Part shown: piece by piece, positions 52,788 to 61,838 of the stretch
Numbering within the stretch: the stretch's first letter is position 1
Layout: each line of letters starts with the position of its first letter
Assembly: GCA_028692545.1 (NCBI GenBank)
Contig: JAQUXC010000003.1
Coordinates: 47,827-111,826, forward strand
DNA from: Patescibacteria group bacterium
GTDB taxonomy: Bacteria > Patescibacteriota > Patescibacteriia > UBA1558 > S5-K13
Direction: 5' to 3'
DNA: 64,000 nucleotides
Notes under the pieces: model-generated
Told to the model about the DNA's origin: nothing
The model's input: the letters and a program-made list of their open reading frames with translations, nothing else
Database searches by the model: none
Made by a program: the position numbers and the translations under genes

Positions 52788-52937
52788 TGCGAAACCATAG
52801 AAGAAATTACGTGAAGATTTGTAAAAATCCTATTTTTACCTATTTGAGACAAGGCTCGGGCACACCGACCAAAACTCAAGTAGGGTCTTCACGGATACCT
52901 TTTGTGGTTTCGCAGGTCGGGTGTCCGTTTTTGTTTT
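52788..52937 (+). ncRNA. Candidate structured RNA divergent from recombinase 2
   Basis: TATAAT at 52777-52782; long stem 52788-52914; loop 52857-52870 complementary to 52915-52927; U-run follows. Confidence 0.65.
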
Positions 52938-52974
52938 ATCGGACATTGATCATTTATAATTAATAAAAAAGAAA

Positions 52975-53484
52975 ATGGACAATCAAGAAAAAACAAAGAA
53001 GAAGTTTTATAAAAAATGGTGGTTCTGGGTAATTGTAGTAATTGTTATTATGACCATTACAAATTCTGATGATAATAAAGTGAAAAAGGTAGTAGAACCT
53101 ATAATACAAGAGAAACAAGAGGATTTAAAATTTACATTTGACGTCCCTTCTTTAATTGGTAAAAATATTGATGAAATAAAAATTATATTAGGTGAACCAT
53201 ATAATGATTCAGAACCTACAGAGTTACAATTAGAAACGGGAATTGATGAGTGGAGCAAAACTTTTAGAAAGAACAATTTTGATCTTTTAGTTACCTATAA
53301 TCCAAAGACTAAAACAGTAATTGATTTTTTTATTCCAACAAATGACTCATCTGGAGCTACAAATAATACAGATTCACTATTAATAGTTGGAAACTTAAAA
53401 AAGAATAGTCTAGACTATAAAGTAGAAAATGTAAAAGCAATCAAAGATCCAAATATTTTTACTGGCATTATAGTTACCTATTAG
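52975..53484 (+). CDS. Membrane-anchored hypothetical protein (KKWWFW anchor)
   Basis: N-terminal TM. Confidence 0.7.
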   Translation: MDNQEKTKKKFYKKWWFWVIVVIVIMTITNSDDNKVKKVVEPIIQEKQEDLKFTFDVPSLIGKNIDEIKIILGEPYNDSEPTELQLETGIDEWSKTFRKNNFDLLVTYNPKTKTVIDFFIPTNDSSGATNNTDSLLIVGNLKKNSLDYKVENVKAIKDPNIFTGIIVTY

Positions 53485-53547
53485 TATATAAAAACTGGTA
53501 TCTTAAAAAGAGCATTAGATTTTTGACCAACGCTCTTTTAAGGTTTT

Positions 53548-54018
53548 TTAATTACTGATATCATTCATATCATTTTTTTCATTAGTATTATTTATAGCTG
53601 TTGAAGATTTTCTTGCGCGATCAAAGAGATCTCTTAACATTTGAGTTTGTCTATCTATTTCTGCATGTCTTTCCATTTTTAATTTTTCTATTTCATCTTT
53701 CAATTTGTTTATCTTGAAACTAGAATTCAAATTGTTTTTTCTGTATTTAGGATGATTATTTATAAGCCAGAATATAGAGGATTTTAAATCACCGTCTTTA
53801 ATTTTGTTCATTATAGTAGACTCAGCTAGTTCATTTATTATAGGTATGCTTATTTTTCTAGCCTCATTACATTTTTTACTAAATTTTTTATCAGACTGTT
53901 TCCATCTATAATAAGTACCTCTCTGTATAGCGAGTTTTGTACATGCTACTTGAATAATTGGATTTGATTCCAATTCTTCTATAATCTTCTTTTTAAGTTG
54001 AACTTGATTCGGGATCAT
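53548..54018 (-). CDS. HTH protein, phage small-terminase-like
   Basis: AC......R.TYYRW...D..F ... AES......I..GD......FWL. Confidence 0.7.
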   Translation of the reverse strand: MIPNQVQLKKKIIEELESNPIIQVACTKLAIQRGTYYRWKQSDKKFSKKCNEARKISIPIINELAESTIMNKIKDGDLKSSIFWLINNHPKYRKNNLNSSFKINKLKDEIEKLKMERHAEIDRQTQMLRDLFDRARKSSTAINNTNEKNDMNDISN

Positions 54019-55360
54019 ATAATTTTACCCTTCTCCCACCGAATGCCCTTTCCCATCTGTTAATTATTACTTCTGCATAGATAGGAGATTTTTCCATCAA
54101 GAAACATCTCCTACTTAATTTATTTGCTGCGATTAAAGTACTACCGCTTCCTCCAAATGGCTCTAAAACTAGTTGATCTCTTTTTGTAAGAACTTTAATA
54201 TACGGAATTAATATTTCTACAGGTTTTGTTCCAAATATTATTCCTTGTCCTGACGACTTTTCATCCGATGCACGATACTCGATAAAGTCTGTAGGACAGT
54301 ACTTCTTTCCTTTTTCGTAGCTTTCCCACTGTGGTTTCCCCGCAATTGCAAAAAGTGCTGTTTCGTATTCATTTTGAAGTCCCTCGCCCTCATCTTCTAA
54401 ATTGTATTCAATATCAGTATCAGAAGAACCAACGACCGCTATGTCATATTTGTTAAAGAATTTGTACTTAGCTGAGAATCCCTGCATCCTATTGTTTAAG
54501 TGCCACACTAACATGTTTTTTATCTTCCAGTATTTTGCCATTTCATTCCATATGGTCATAATATTCTTCCAATTTTCATAAACTATGATACTAAAATTTT
54601 CATTAGCAACTTTACTAACATTTCCCATCCAAAGCTCTGTAAAATTATCAGGAAGTGATTCTGTTTCTAAATATCTTCTATTTTTCTTTGCTCCGAACCC
54701 GACTGTCGCTTCTCCATGTCTAGTTTTACCTTGTAAATAATTTAGAATATATGGCGGATCTGTTAGACAAAAGTCCGCCTTTTCATTTCCCATTAGTTTC
54801 ATCATATCTTCCTCTATAGTGGAGTCTCCACACATTATTTTTGAATCACCCAAGGCATACACATCTCCTTTTTGAACAGTGATTTCTGTTATGTTTAATT
54901 TTTTCAATTCGTTTTCTATATTAAATATTTCTTCCTTTCCTGTTTCTATGTCAAATATTTTATCTAGATCCAAGCTGTCAAAACCTATATCCGTGAGAAA
55001 GTTAGGATCAAATTTTGATAATAAGTCATAATCAAATTCACCTTGATTTTTGTTTAATCTAATATTTAGCTCTTTTTCTTTTTCAATGTCTGGAATGTTG
55101 ATATATACCACTGGTAGAGTATCAATTCCTAGTTCCATTGCTACAGCGTACCTAAAATGTCCGCCGATCAGAACATTGTGTCTTTCTGGAAAGGAATTGC
55201 ATATAAACGGATCTACTAGTCCGAATCTCGTAATACTTTCTTTTAGTTGATTAAATTGTTCTTTACTCCACTTACGTGGATTTTCTGTATTGAGTTTTAG
55301 TTCTTCAATAGGAACTTGTGTTATTTGGATTTTCTCCAAAATTTCTTTGTCTTGCGACAT
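53993..55360 (-). CDS. ParB-like N-terminal domain fused to a DNA methyltransferase
   Basis: NPRK...GGH.R (ParB/Srx); TDPPY; TKP; PFGGSGST. Confidence 0.9.
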   Translation of the reverse strand: MSQDKEILEKIQITQVPIEELKLNTENPRKWSKEQFNQLKESITRFGLVDPFICNSFPERHNVLIGGHFRYAVAMELGIDTLPVVYINIPDIEKEKELNIRLNKNQGEFDYDLLSKFDPNFLTDIGFDSLDLDKIFDIETGKEEIFNIENELKKLNITEITVQKGDVYALGDSKIMCGDSTIEEDMMKLMGNEKADFCLTDPPYILNYLQGKTRHGEATVGFGAKKNRRYLETESLPDNFTELWMGNVSKVANENFSIIVYENWKNIMTIWNEMAKYWKIKNMLVWHLNNRMQGFSAKYKFFNKYDIAVVGSSDTDIEYNLEDEGEGLQNEYETALFAIAGKPQWESYEKGKKYCPTDFIEYRASDEKSSGQGIIFGTKPVEILIPYIKVLTKRDQLVLEPFGGSGSTLIAANKLSRRCFLMEKSPIYAEVIINRWERAFGGRRVKLYDPESSST

Positions 55361-55412
55361 ATTTTTTTCTTTCCCTGTTTAATATTTCTATTAAACTTAA
55401 TTCTTAAATAAA

Positions 55413-55482
55413 AAACACCTGTTTAAACAAACCAAAAAAAGATTGCTTGTTTCCTTTCATTGTTTTGTTTAAACAGGTGTTT
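55413..55482 (-). terminator. 19-bp perfect inverted repeat with a minus-strand U-run (terminator or attenuator before the ParB-MTase gene)
   Basis: aaacacctgtttaaacaaa / tttgtttaaacaggtgttt. Confidence 0.65.
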
Positions 55483-55554
55483 CAAATATATTTTATTTAA
55501 ATACCTATTCTTATTAGTTTTATTTTTTTAAAGAACAAGAGGCATTTTGAACTT

Positions 55555-55788
55555 TTATTTTTTTCTATCTTTTGGTGGACATGGATCATTTCCATAACTA
55601 TCCTTGTCTATAATTTTATTATCCTTACCATGGATAACTAATTCAGACTTATTATTTTGGGCTAGTTCTCTTGCTATTGATAATGCATCTTTTTGAGTAG
55701 AGTGTAGTGATGATGCTTTTTTATCTCCCTCTCCAATGACAGCCCAATCTCCGTTTATTCTATGAGTTACATGGATGTTTTTGCTCAC
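55555..55788 (-). CDS. DUF2188 family protein
   Basis: HV.....W.V..EG...AS....TQ..A...AR......SEL.IHG.D..I....SYGNDP.PP. Confidence 0.88.
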   Translation of the reverse strand: MSKNIHVTHRINGDWAVIGEGDKKASSLHSTQKDALSIARELAQNNKSELVIHGKDNKIIDKDSYGNDPCPPKDRKK

Positions 55789-55816
55789 TGCTTTATATTA
55801 ATGATTAACTATAGTC

Positions 55817-55889
55817 AGTATAGCAAATCTATATTCTCTGTCAAGTATTAAGGAAAAGCTTGACAAATTATTATATAATACTGTATAAT
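55817..55889. promoter_or_regulatory. Back-to-back sigma70 promoters
   Basis: Minus strand: TTGACA (55844-55839), 16 bp, TATACT. Plus strand: TTGACA (55860-55865), 18 bp, TATAAT. Confidence 0.7.
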
Positions 55890-55917
55890 TATTTTATAAA
55901 TAATAATTTTTAAAAAT

Positions 55918-56550
55918 ATGCATAAAATTCAAAAAGATATTTTAAATTTAGCTAATGATAAAAATCTAGCAAAGATGTCGCTTAGAGAAATTAGCAATGC
56001 AGTAGGAGAAGGGGATGCACCACAAAAAATAAAACACCATTTAGAACAGCTAGAGAAAAAAGGACTTTTAAGAATTTTAAAAGAAAAAGGAGAGACGGTC
56101 AAATTACAAGGTGGCAAATCACTAAATAGTAATTTAATAGCTATTCCTATTCTTGGATCAGCTAACTGTGGAGATGCAACAATTATTGCAGAAGATAAAA
56201 TAGAGGGTTACTTAAGAGTATCTCCTAAGATTTTTAATAAATCAAAAAATGTTTTTGCAATAAAGGCTATTGGAGATTCTATGAACATGGCAAAAATAGG
56301 AAAAGATCAAGATTCTATAAATGATGGAGATTATGTTATTGTTGACCATTCAATACAAGAACCAAAAGATGGAGATTATATAGTTTCAGTAATTGATGGT
56401 TTGGCAAATATAAAGAAATATAATTTTAGAGATAATACAATAATTTTAAAATCAGAATCAAAAAGAGACTATCCACCTATTTATATTCATGAAGATGATA
56501 TTGGTAATTATACAGTTGCAGGTAGAGTTGTTAAGGTTATAAAGAGTTAA
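55918..56550 (+). CDS. LexA-like repressor (wHTH plus S24 peptidase)
   Basis: SLREI...HL..LEKKG; ANCG cleavage site; GDSM catalytic Ser; IKK Lys. Confidence 0.88.
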   Translation: MHKIQKDILNLANDKNLAKMSLREISNAVGEGDAPQKIKHHLEQLEKKGLLRILKEKGETVKLQGGKSLNSNLIAIPILGSANCGDATIIAEDKIEGYLRVSPKIFNKSKNVFAIKAIGDSMNMAKIGKDQDSINDGDYVIVDHSIQEPKDGDYIVSVIDGLANIKKYNFRDNTIILKSESKRDYPPIYIHEDDIGNYTVAGRVVKVIKS

Positions 56551-56619
56551 TTAATTTTACATAATTTGTATTATTTTTAAAAATAAGTTATTATAAAAAT
56601 AACAATTGAATAGTTTTAG

Positions 56620-56727
56620 TTTATCAAGAGTGACGGTTAGGGTTCTGGCCCAATGATCCGTCCGACAGCCCTTAAGGTTGATATCTTAAGAAGGTGCCAA
56701 TTCCAGCCCAGTTTGGGAAAAGATAAA
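56620..56727 (+). ncRNA. SAM-I (S-box) riboswitch aptamer
   Basis: TTTATCAAGAG...AGGG.TCTGGCCC.ATGA...AAGGTGCCAATTCC...AAGATAAA upstream of metK; terminator-like ctctt..cca/tgg..aagag plus T7 at 56759-56790. Confidence 0.88.
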
Positions 56728-56806
56728 GATCGATTTTTTGTTTGATAAAACAAAATAGCTCTTTCCAAAACTGGTAAGAGATTTTTTTATTATTAACAAC
56801 AAAATT

Positions 56807-57745
56807 ATGATTAAAACAGCAGAGTTTGTAAGTCCAAAACATCCAGATAAAATCTGTGACTTTATTGCTGACAGTATTCTAGATGCTTACTTAGAAAATG
56901 ATAAAGATAGCAGAGTGGCAATAGAAGTAATGGGTGGACATAAATTAATAACAATAAATGGAGAAGTGACTTCAAAATCAAAACCAAATATTGAAAGTAT
57001 TGTAAAAAATATAGTAGGAAATGATTATAAGATAATTTCAAACATAGTTTTACAAAGTTTATCAATTTCTCAAGGTGTAGATATTGGTGGTGCAGGAGAT
57101 CAGGGGATTATGAAAGGTTATGCAACAAATGAAACAGAAATATATTTGCCACTTGAATATGTTCTTGCTAGAAATTTGTGTCAAAAGGTATTTGAAATTT
57201 ATCCATATGATGGCAAAACACAAGTTACAATAAAAGACAACGAAGTTCTCACTGTTGTTGTGAGTTTTCAAAATACAAAAAATGATAAACTTTTAGAATT
57301 AGTAAAAGAAATAATTAAAGCAGATGAATATCTAATAAATCCATCAGGTGAGTGGACTCAAGGCGGATTTGATGCAGACACAGGACTTTCTGGAAGAAAG
57401 CTTGTTGTAGATAATTATGGCCCAGAGATAGCTATTGGTGGTGGATCTTTTTCTGGTAAAGATTATACAAAAGTTGATAGAAGTGGTGCATATATGGCAA
57501 GAAAAATTGCTGTTGATTTATTAAAGAAAAATAATGCAAAAGAAGTTTACACAAAACTTGCTTATGCAATAGGAAAAAGTAATCCAGTAATGGCTGTAGC
57601 TATTATAGATGGAGTAGAGCAAGAAATTACAGGTTATGATCTCAGTCCAATGGGAATACGTAAATGTCTAAAATTAGATGAAATAAAATTCGTAGATACT
57701 TGCACTTGGGGACATTTTGGAGGAGATTTTGAGTGGGATAAATAA
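56807..57745 (+). CDS. metK: S-adenosylmethionine synthetase (compact, 312 aa)
   Basis: AEFV...HPDK.CD, GAGDQG, GG..ADTGL.GRK, GGGSFSGKD.TKVDRS. Confidence 0.94.
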   Translation: MIKTAEFVSPKHPDKICDFIADSILDAYLENDKDSRVAIEVMGGHKLITINGEVTSKSKPNIESIVKNIVGNDYKIISNIVLQSLSISQGVDIGGAGDQGIMKGYATNETEIYLPLEYVLARNLCQKVFEIYPYDGKTQVTIKDNEVLTVVVSFQNTKNDKLLELVKEIIKADEYLINPSGEWTQGGFDADTGLSGRKLVVDNYGPEIAIGGGSFSGKDYTKVDRSGAYMARKIAVDLLKKNNAKEVYTKLAYAIGKSNPVMAVAIIDGVEQEITGYDLSPMGIRKCLKLDEIKFVDTCTWGHFGGDFEWDK

Positions 57746-57768
57746 AATAGTAATTAATAATAAATTTT

Positions 57769-58515
57769 ATGTATGATACAAGAATTAATTTAGCAGAAGA
57801 AAGTAATGGAGAAGATATAAATAAAGAACATCCTAAAGTTTTTCCATATATTGTCACAAAGCTAATGCTTGGTGCTTATCATATTATAGTATTGCCTAGA
57901 GCAAGAGAAGAGGATTTGTTGCGTATGACACATGTTCAATATTTATTGAATGATTTAGAAACTTGTCTAGTTTTAGCTGAAAAAGATTCAATATTTTTTG
58001 ATAAGAATGGTAAAAGAAGAGCTGACTTTAGACCGTCAGGAGGAGCTTTATTTATAAATAGATTAGAACCATTTATGTCAAATGAGGATTCAAAAGAAAT
58101 TGATCCAACTTTTTGGATAAGATGTGAAATAGTAAGGCAGCGCTATGTGGCTCAAGGCGACATGAATAAATGGCTTTTTATAAATCCAACAAAAGGAGGA
58201 AGATATGCCACAAAAGAAGAGTTAATAGAGTTTAGAAAGCCAAATATTAAATATAAAGGTGTTCCGAATGGTCTTATTAGATGTGATAAGTGTTTCCAAT
58301 TTAAGGGACAATGTTTGGATCCAAGTGAGAAATATTATAAAGGATTAATACAGACAGTGCATTGTAAATGTGATAATGAAAATAGGTGTGCACATTGCTT
58401 GAAACTTCTTTATGAATATAAACTGTATGCCAATTATTATAATGAGAAAGATAATAGCGTTTGGTATGTTTCAGGACTACAGGGATTTACTCATAAATGT
58501 CCAATTGTTTTATAG
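57769..58515 (+). CDS. Hypothetical protein with Cys-rich (multi-Zn) C-terminus
   Basis: CDKC...C...CKC...CAHC...HKC. Confidence 0.7.
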   Translation: MYDTRINLAEESNGEDINKEHPKVFPYIVTKLMLGAYHIIVLPRAREEDLLRMTHVQYLLNDLETCLVLAEKDSIFFDKNGKRRADFRPSGGALFINRLEPFMSNEDSKEIDPTFWIRCEIVRQRYVAQGDMNKWLFINPTKGGRYATKEELIEFRKPNIKYKGVPNGLIRCDKCFQFKGQCLDPSEKYYKGLIQTVHCKCDNENRCAHCLKLLYEYKLYANYYNEKDNSVWYVSGLQGFTHKCPIVL

Positions 58516-58578
58516 CTTGATTTGGGTATTTTAGAGGTGTAAGATTAGAGTATAATTATTTACTAATAATTAAAATTT

Positions 58579-59049
58579 ATGAAAAAAGAAATAAAAGAAA
58601 AATTACCTGCGGTTATTATTTTTTTAATTTTATTAGCTTCGTTTATAGCTTATTGGTGGTTTTTGTTTAATAATACTAACAAAACAAAATCATTAGACGA
58701 AACAAATCAAAGTCAAGTTGAATACAATATTGCGTTTGATGAAATGATAAAAGAAACGCAAATAAAGAGAGAATATCATTCCACAATATCTGATGAGCAA
58801 AAACTAAAAGGGATTTGTGATCAAGAAATGATTCCTGCTATGTATGCAAGCGATTGTTATTTTCTTGAATTTAAAGATTGTAATAAATTTGGTGGTGGAA
58901 TAATTCCTAAATCTGAATTAGAAAAATGTTTACCAATTTACCTAAAAGAAGCAATAAATCCTATTGATGCTTTTTTCAATTTATCACCAAATGAACCTAA
59001 AGTTACTGATCCTAACGCAGAACCTATTAAAATTGAAAGAAAACAATAA
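58579..59049 (+). CDS. Membrane-anchored hypothetical protein
   Basis: N-terminal TM, four Cys. Confidence 0.6.
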   Translation: MKKEIKEKLPAVIIFLILLASFIAYWWFLFNNTNKTKSLDETNQSQVEYNIAFDEMIKETQIKREYHSTISDEQKLKGICDQEMIPAMYASDCYFLEFKDCNKFGGGIIPKSELEKCLPIYLKEAINPIDAFFNLSPNEPKVTDPNAEPIKIERKQ

Positions 59050-59182
59050 TAATAACTTAATATTATAGTAAATCTAAATTTGTTGTTTACAAAAGAAGGT
59101 AATGACAAAAGAATCATAAATGAATTATTTCAATACGAAAATTGGTCTATTATAAATAAATATAAAAATTAATTTTAAAAAT

Positions 59183-59623
59183 ATGAAAAAATTAAACAGA
59201 AAAAAAATCATATTATTTATTGTTTCAATATTTATTATAATATTTTTGATTTATATATGTTTTAGAGTTTTTGATTTAAAAATAGATGATACATATTTTG
59301 TAGAGAAAAAAATAAGAAAAGATTTTGAAGTTGCTTCTAAATATTTAGTAACAGGTGATTGTGAATCGTTTAATGATTATTTATACAATAAATCTATTGA
59401 TTTTTGTTATAGATTTAAATCAACAGAGGGATCTTCTGCCTCAGAGGTAATTAATTTAAAAAGTTTTAAATTAAAAGATTTGACATATAAATCAGAAAAT
59501 AAAATAGCTTTTTTAAATATAGATGTTGTACTTTCTGGATTACAAGAAAGTCATTCTATTACAATGAATGGACAAATGATAAAAGATGGTTCTATATGGA
59601 AAATTAGTAAATTAGAATATTAA
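59183..59623 (+). CDS. Membrane-anchored hypothetical protein (possible NTF2-like fold)
   Basis: N-terminal TM; C-terminal 'KDGSIWKI'. Confidence 0.6.
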   Translation: MKKLNRKKIILFIVSIFIIIFLIYICFRVFDLKIDDTYFVEKKIRKDFEVASKYLVTGDCESFNDYLYNKSIDFCYRFKSTEGSSASEVINLKSFKLKDLTYKSENKIAFLNIDVVLSGLQESHSITMNGQMIKDGSIWKISKLEY

Positions 59624-59639
59624 TATTTAATAAAAATAT

Positions 59640-60299
59640 ATGAAAGAATTTTTTACTTTAAAAAAGAGCAAAACATCTGTAGGAAGGTTTTTAATTTTAG
59701 GTATTTCGTGGTTAGTATTATTAATAAGTTGTATGTTTCTAATATACACATTCAAAGATTATAAATATTCAGAATTTTTATTAGCACTTTCTTTGCTTAT
59801 AGTATTCTATTGCTTGTATATAATATTTTACAAAAAAAATTGGATAAACACTGTAGCAAAATTCATATTTATTATTTTGTTGTCTTTATATATTTTTATT
59901 GTAATATCATTTCCATTGTATATATTTAGAGAAGCTTCTATTACTCCATTAGAATTTATAATATTACTACTTTTAATTGTTTCAATGATTATATATTTGT
60001 ATTGGAAACAACTCGTGTTATTTTTTAAAGAAATTTCAACGCTAAAAAAAGAAAACAAAAAGTTATATTTTGTAATTATGATGATTTCGATTGTTGTTAT
60101 TTATGCTCTTTATAATTGGTTTAGAATATATAGAAATTTATATATGCTTGATACGATTGCTCTCGATTGGAATATTGATCCAGCTGAATTAGACCATGTT
60201 ACTGCGTATAGTTTTGTATTTAAAAAAATAGCATTATTTGCTGGTATTATATTTTCAAGCACATTTCTTATACTTAAATCATTAGAAGAAAGGAAATAA
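59640..60299 (+). CDS. Multi-pass membrane protein
   Basis: About 6 hydrophobic segments. Confidence 0.65.
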   Translation: MKEFFTLKKSKTSVGRFLILGISWLVLLISCMFLIYTFKDYKYSEFLLALSLLIVFYCLYIIFYKKNWINTVAKFIFIILLSLYIFIVISFPLYIFREASITPLEFIILLLLIVSMIIYLYWKQLVLFFKEISTLKKENKKLYFVIMMISIVVIYALYNWFRIYRNLYMLDTIALDWNIDPAELDHVTAYSFVFKKIALFAGIIFSSTFLILKSLEERK

Positions 60300-60303
60300 A
60301 TAT

Positions 60304-60480
60304 ATGGATATAAAAGAATTTGCAAAGATGGGTGGAGAAGCATCTTGGAAAGCAAGATTTGGTGGAAAAACAAAAGAAGAAGTATCTGAAATGATGAGAA
60401 AACTAAGATATAGTAAGAAAGGTGAAGAATCTCATAAAAAATTTAAAGAAGCTATGTTAGAAGAAACAAAAAATGCTTAA
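60304..60480 (+). CDS. Small basic protein (58 aa) missing from the ORF track
   Basis: MDIKEFAKMGGEASWKARFGGKTKEEVSEMMRKLRYSKKGEESHKKFKEAMLEETKNA*; starts 4 bp after the upstream stop. Confidence 0.6.
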   Translation: MDIKEFAKMGGEASWKARFGGKTKEEVSEMMRKLRYSKKGEESHKKFKEAMLEETKNA

Positions 60481-60790
60481 TAAATAATTAAATAAATAAA
60501 CTGGCATTAAATAATTACAAATGGACGCTGAAAAAAAGAGTATATAGTTAAAAGAAAAAAAGATTGTTATGAACTTGAAACTTCGGAAAGAAAAAATGGA
60601 ATAATGTAGAAGATAGTTATTATGATGAGGAAAATGATGCCTGTAGTGTTAGATACACAGACTAGAAATGGAGAGATGGAGACCCTAATTCTTGCCCTGA
60701 TGGGTATATTAGTATATTTAGCACCAGTACTAAAACCTGCACAATTGATAAATATTTTACAAAAGAATTTTAAAAAAATATAAATAAAAT

Positions 60791-61837
60791 ATGTATATTA
60801 ATTTACAAAAAGCATTTGAATCAGAACAATTTTTGAATCGAACAACAGAGACTTTAATTCCAATTGGTGTTGGTTTTAATTTTGAATACGTATTTGAAGA
60901 TTTAAAACATCTCAGATCAATAATAATGGCAGGTGCAACAGGTTCTGGAAAGTCTACTTTTAATAATTCGCTTATATTAAGTTTACTAAAACAAGATAAT
61001 AATATGTCTTTAGTTTTAGCAGATTGTAAAAAAGTAGAATTGACCCCTTACAATGGAACAGAATGTCTAATTGGGGATGTTGCCACTAAACCAGATAATA
61101 CAAAAGAACAATTTGAATTTTTAGATAAAGAATTTTTTGTTAGAGCCACTAGAAAAAAAGAAGACACAAATATATATAAAAATTATCATCCTATAATTTG
61201 TGTTATTGATGAATACTCAGATATTATGTGTAGTGATAATCACGATTATTTTAATGAAAAAATTTCTAAAATAGCTAAGTATGGAGCAGATTTAAATATT
61301 TTTATAATCATATGCACATCTAGACCATCAACTAATATTTTTACCAAAGAAATAAAAGATTCTTTTTTTACAAAAATAGCATTTTCTACACCAGGCTCCG
61401 CCGATTCAATAACTATAATAGAGGAAGTCGGTGCTGAAAAACTTTTAGGCAAAGGGGATATGTTATTTAAAAAAGGAAATGAGCCAATAAAAAGATTGCA
61501 AGGATTCTATGTTAGTGATAAAGAAAAAGAAAAAATGATTAAGTCTGGAAATTGTATAAAAAAAGAAAAATCAAACATTAGCCTTGATATTGAAAACAGT
61601 AGAAATAAGATTAAAACAACCTTATCTGAATATAATATTGAAATTGAAATACAGGAAATTAATATTGGCCCTATAATTACTCAATTTGTTTTAAAACTAA
61701 AAAATGAAAAAGACTTTTCCAAGGTATTTGCTTTAGCGGATATATTATCTATGAATTTAAAAGTTCATCCACTTAGAATTACATCAATTTCACAATTTTT
61801 GATTAGTCTTGAAATTCCTAATGAAATAACTAAATAA
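60791..61837 (+). CDS. FtsK/SpoIIIE-type ATPase domain followed by an FtsK alpha-like domain
   Basis: GATGSGKS, D.KKVEL, VIDEY, GAEKLLGKGDML; C-terminal IGP.IT.F...LRI...LEIPN. Confidence 0.85.
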   Translation: MYINLQKAFESEQFLNRTTETLIPIGVGFNFEYVFEDLKHLRSIIMAGATGSGKSTFNNSLILSLLKQDNNMSLVLADCKKVELTPYNGTECLIGDVATKPDNTKEQFEFLDKEFFVRATRKKEDTNIYKNYHPIICVIDEYSDIMCSDNHDYFNEKISKIAKYGADLNIFIIICTSRPSTNIFTKEIKDSFFTKIAFSTPGSADSITIIEEVGAEKLLGKGDMLFKKGNEPIKRLQGFYVSDKEKEKMIKSGNCIKKEKSNISLDIENSRNKIKTTLSEYNIEIEIQEINIGPIITQFVLKLKNEKDFSKVFALADILSMNLKVHPLRITSISQFLISLEIPNEITK

Positions 61838-61838
61838 A

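Noticed and set aside
52780-52800. CGAAACCA as the right att of a second island
   Set aside because: Only a short imperfect match to CGAAGCCAACCT, and it is explained as part of an RNA stem
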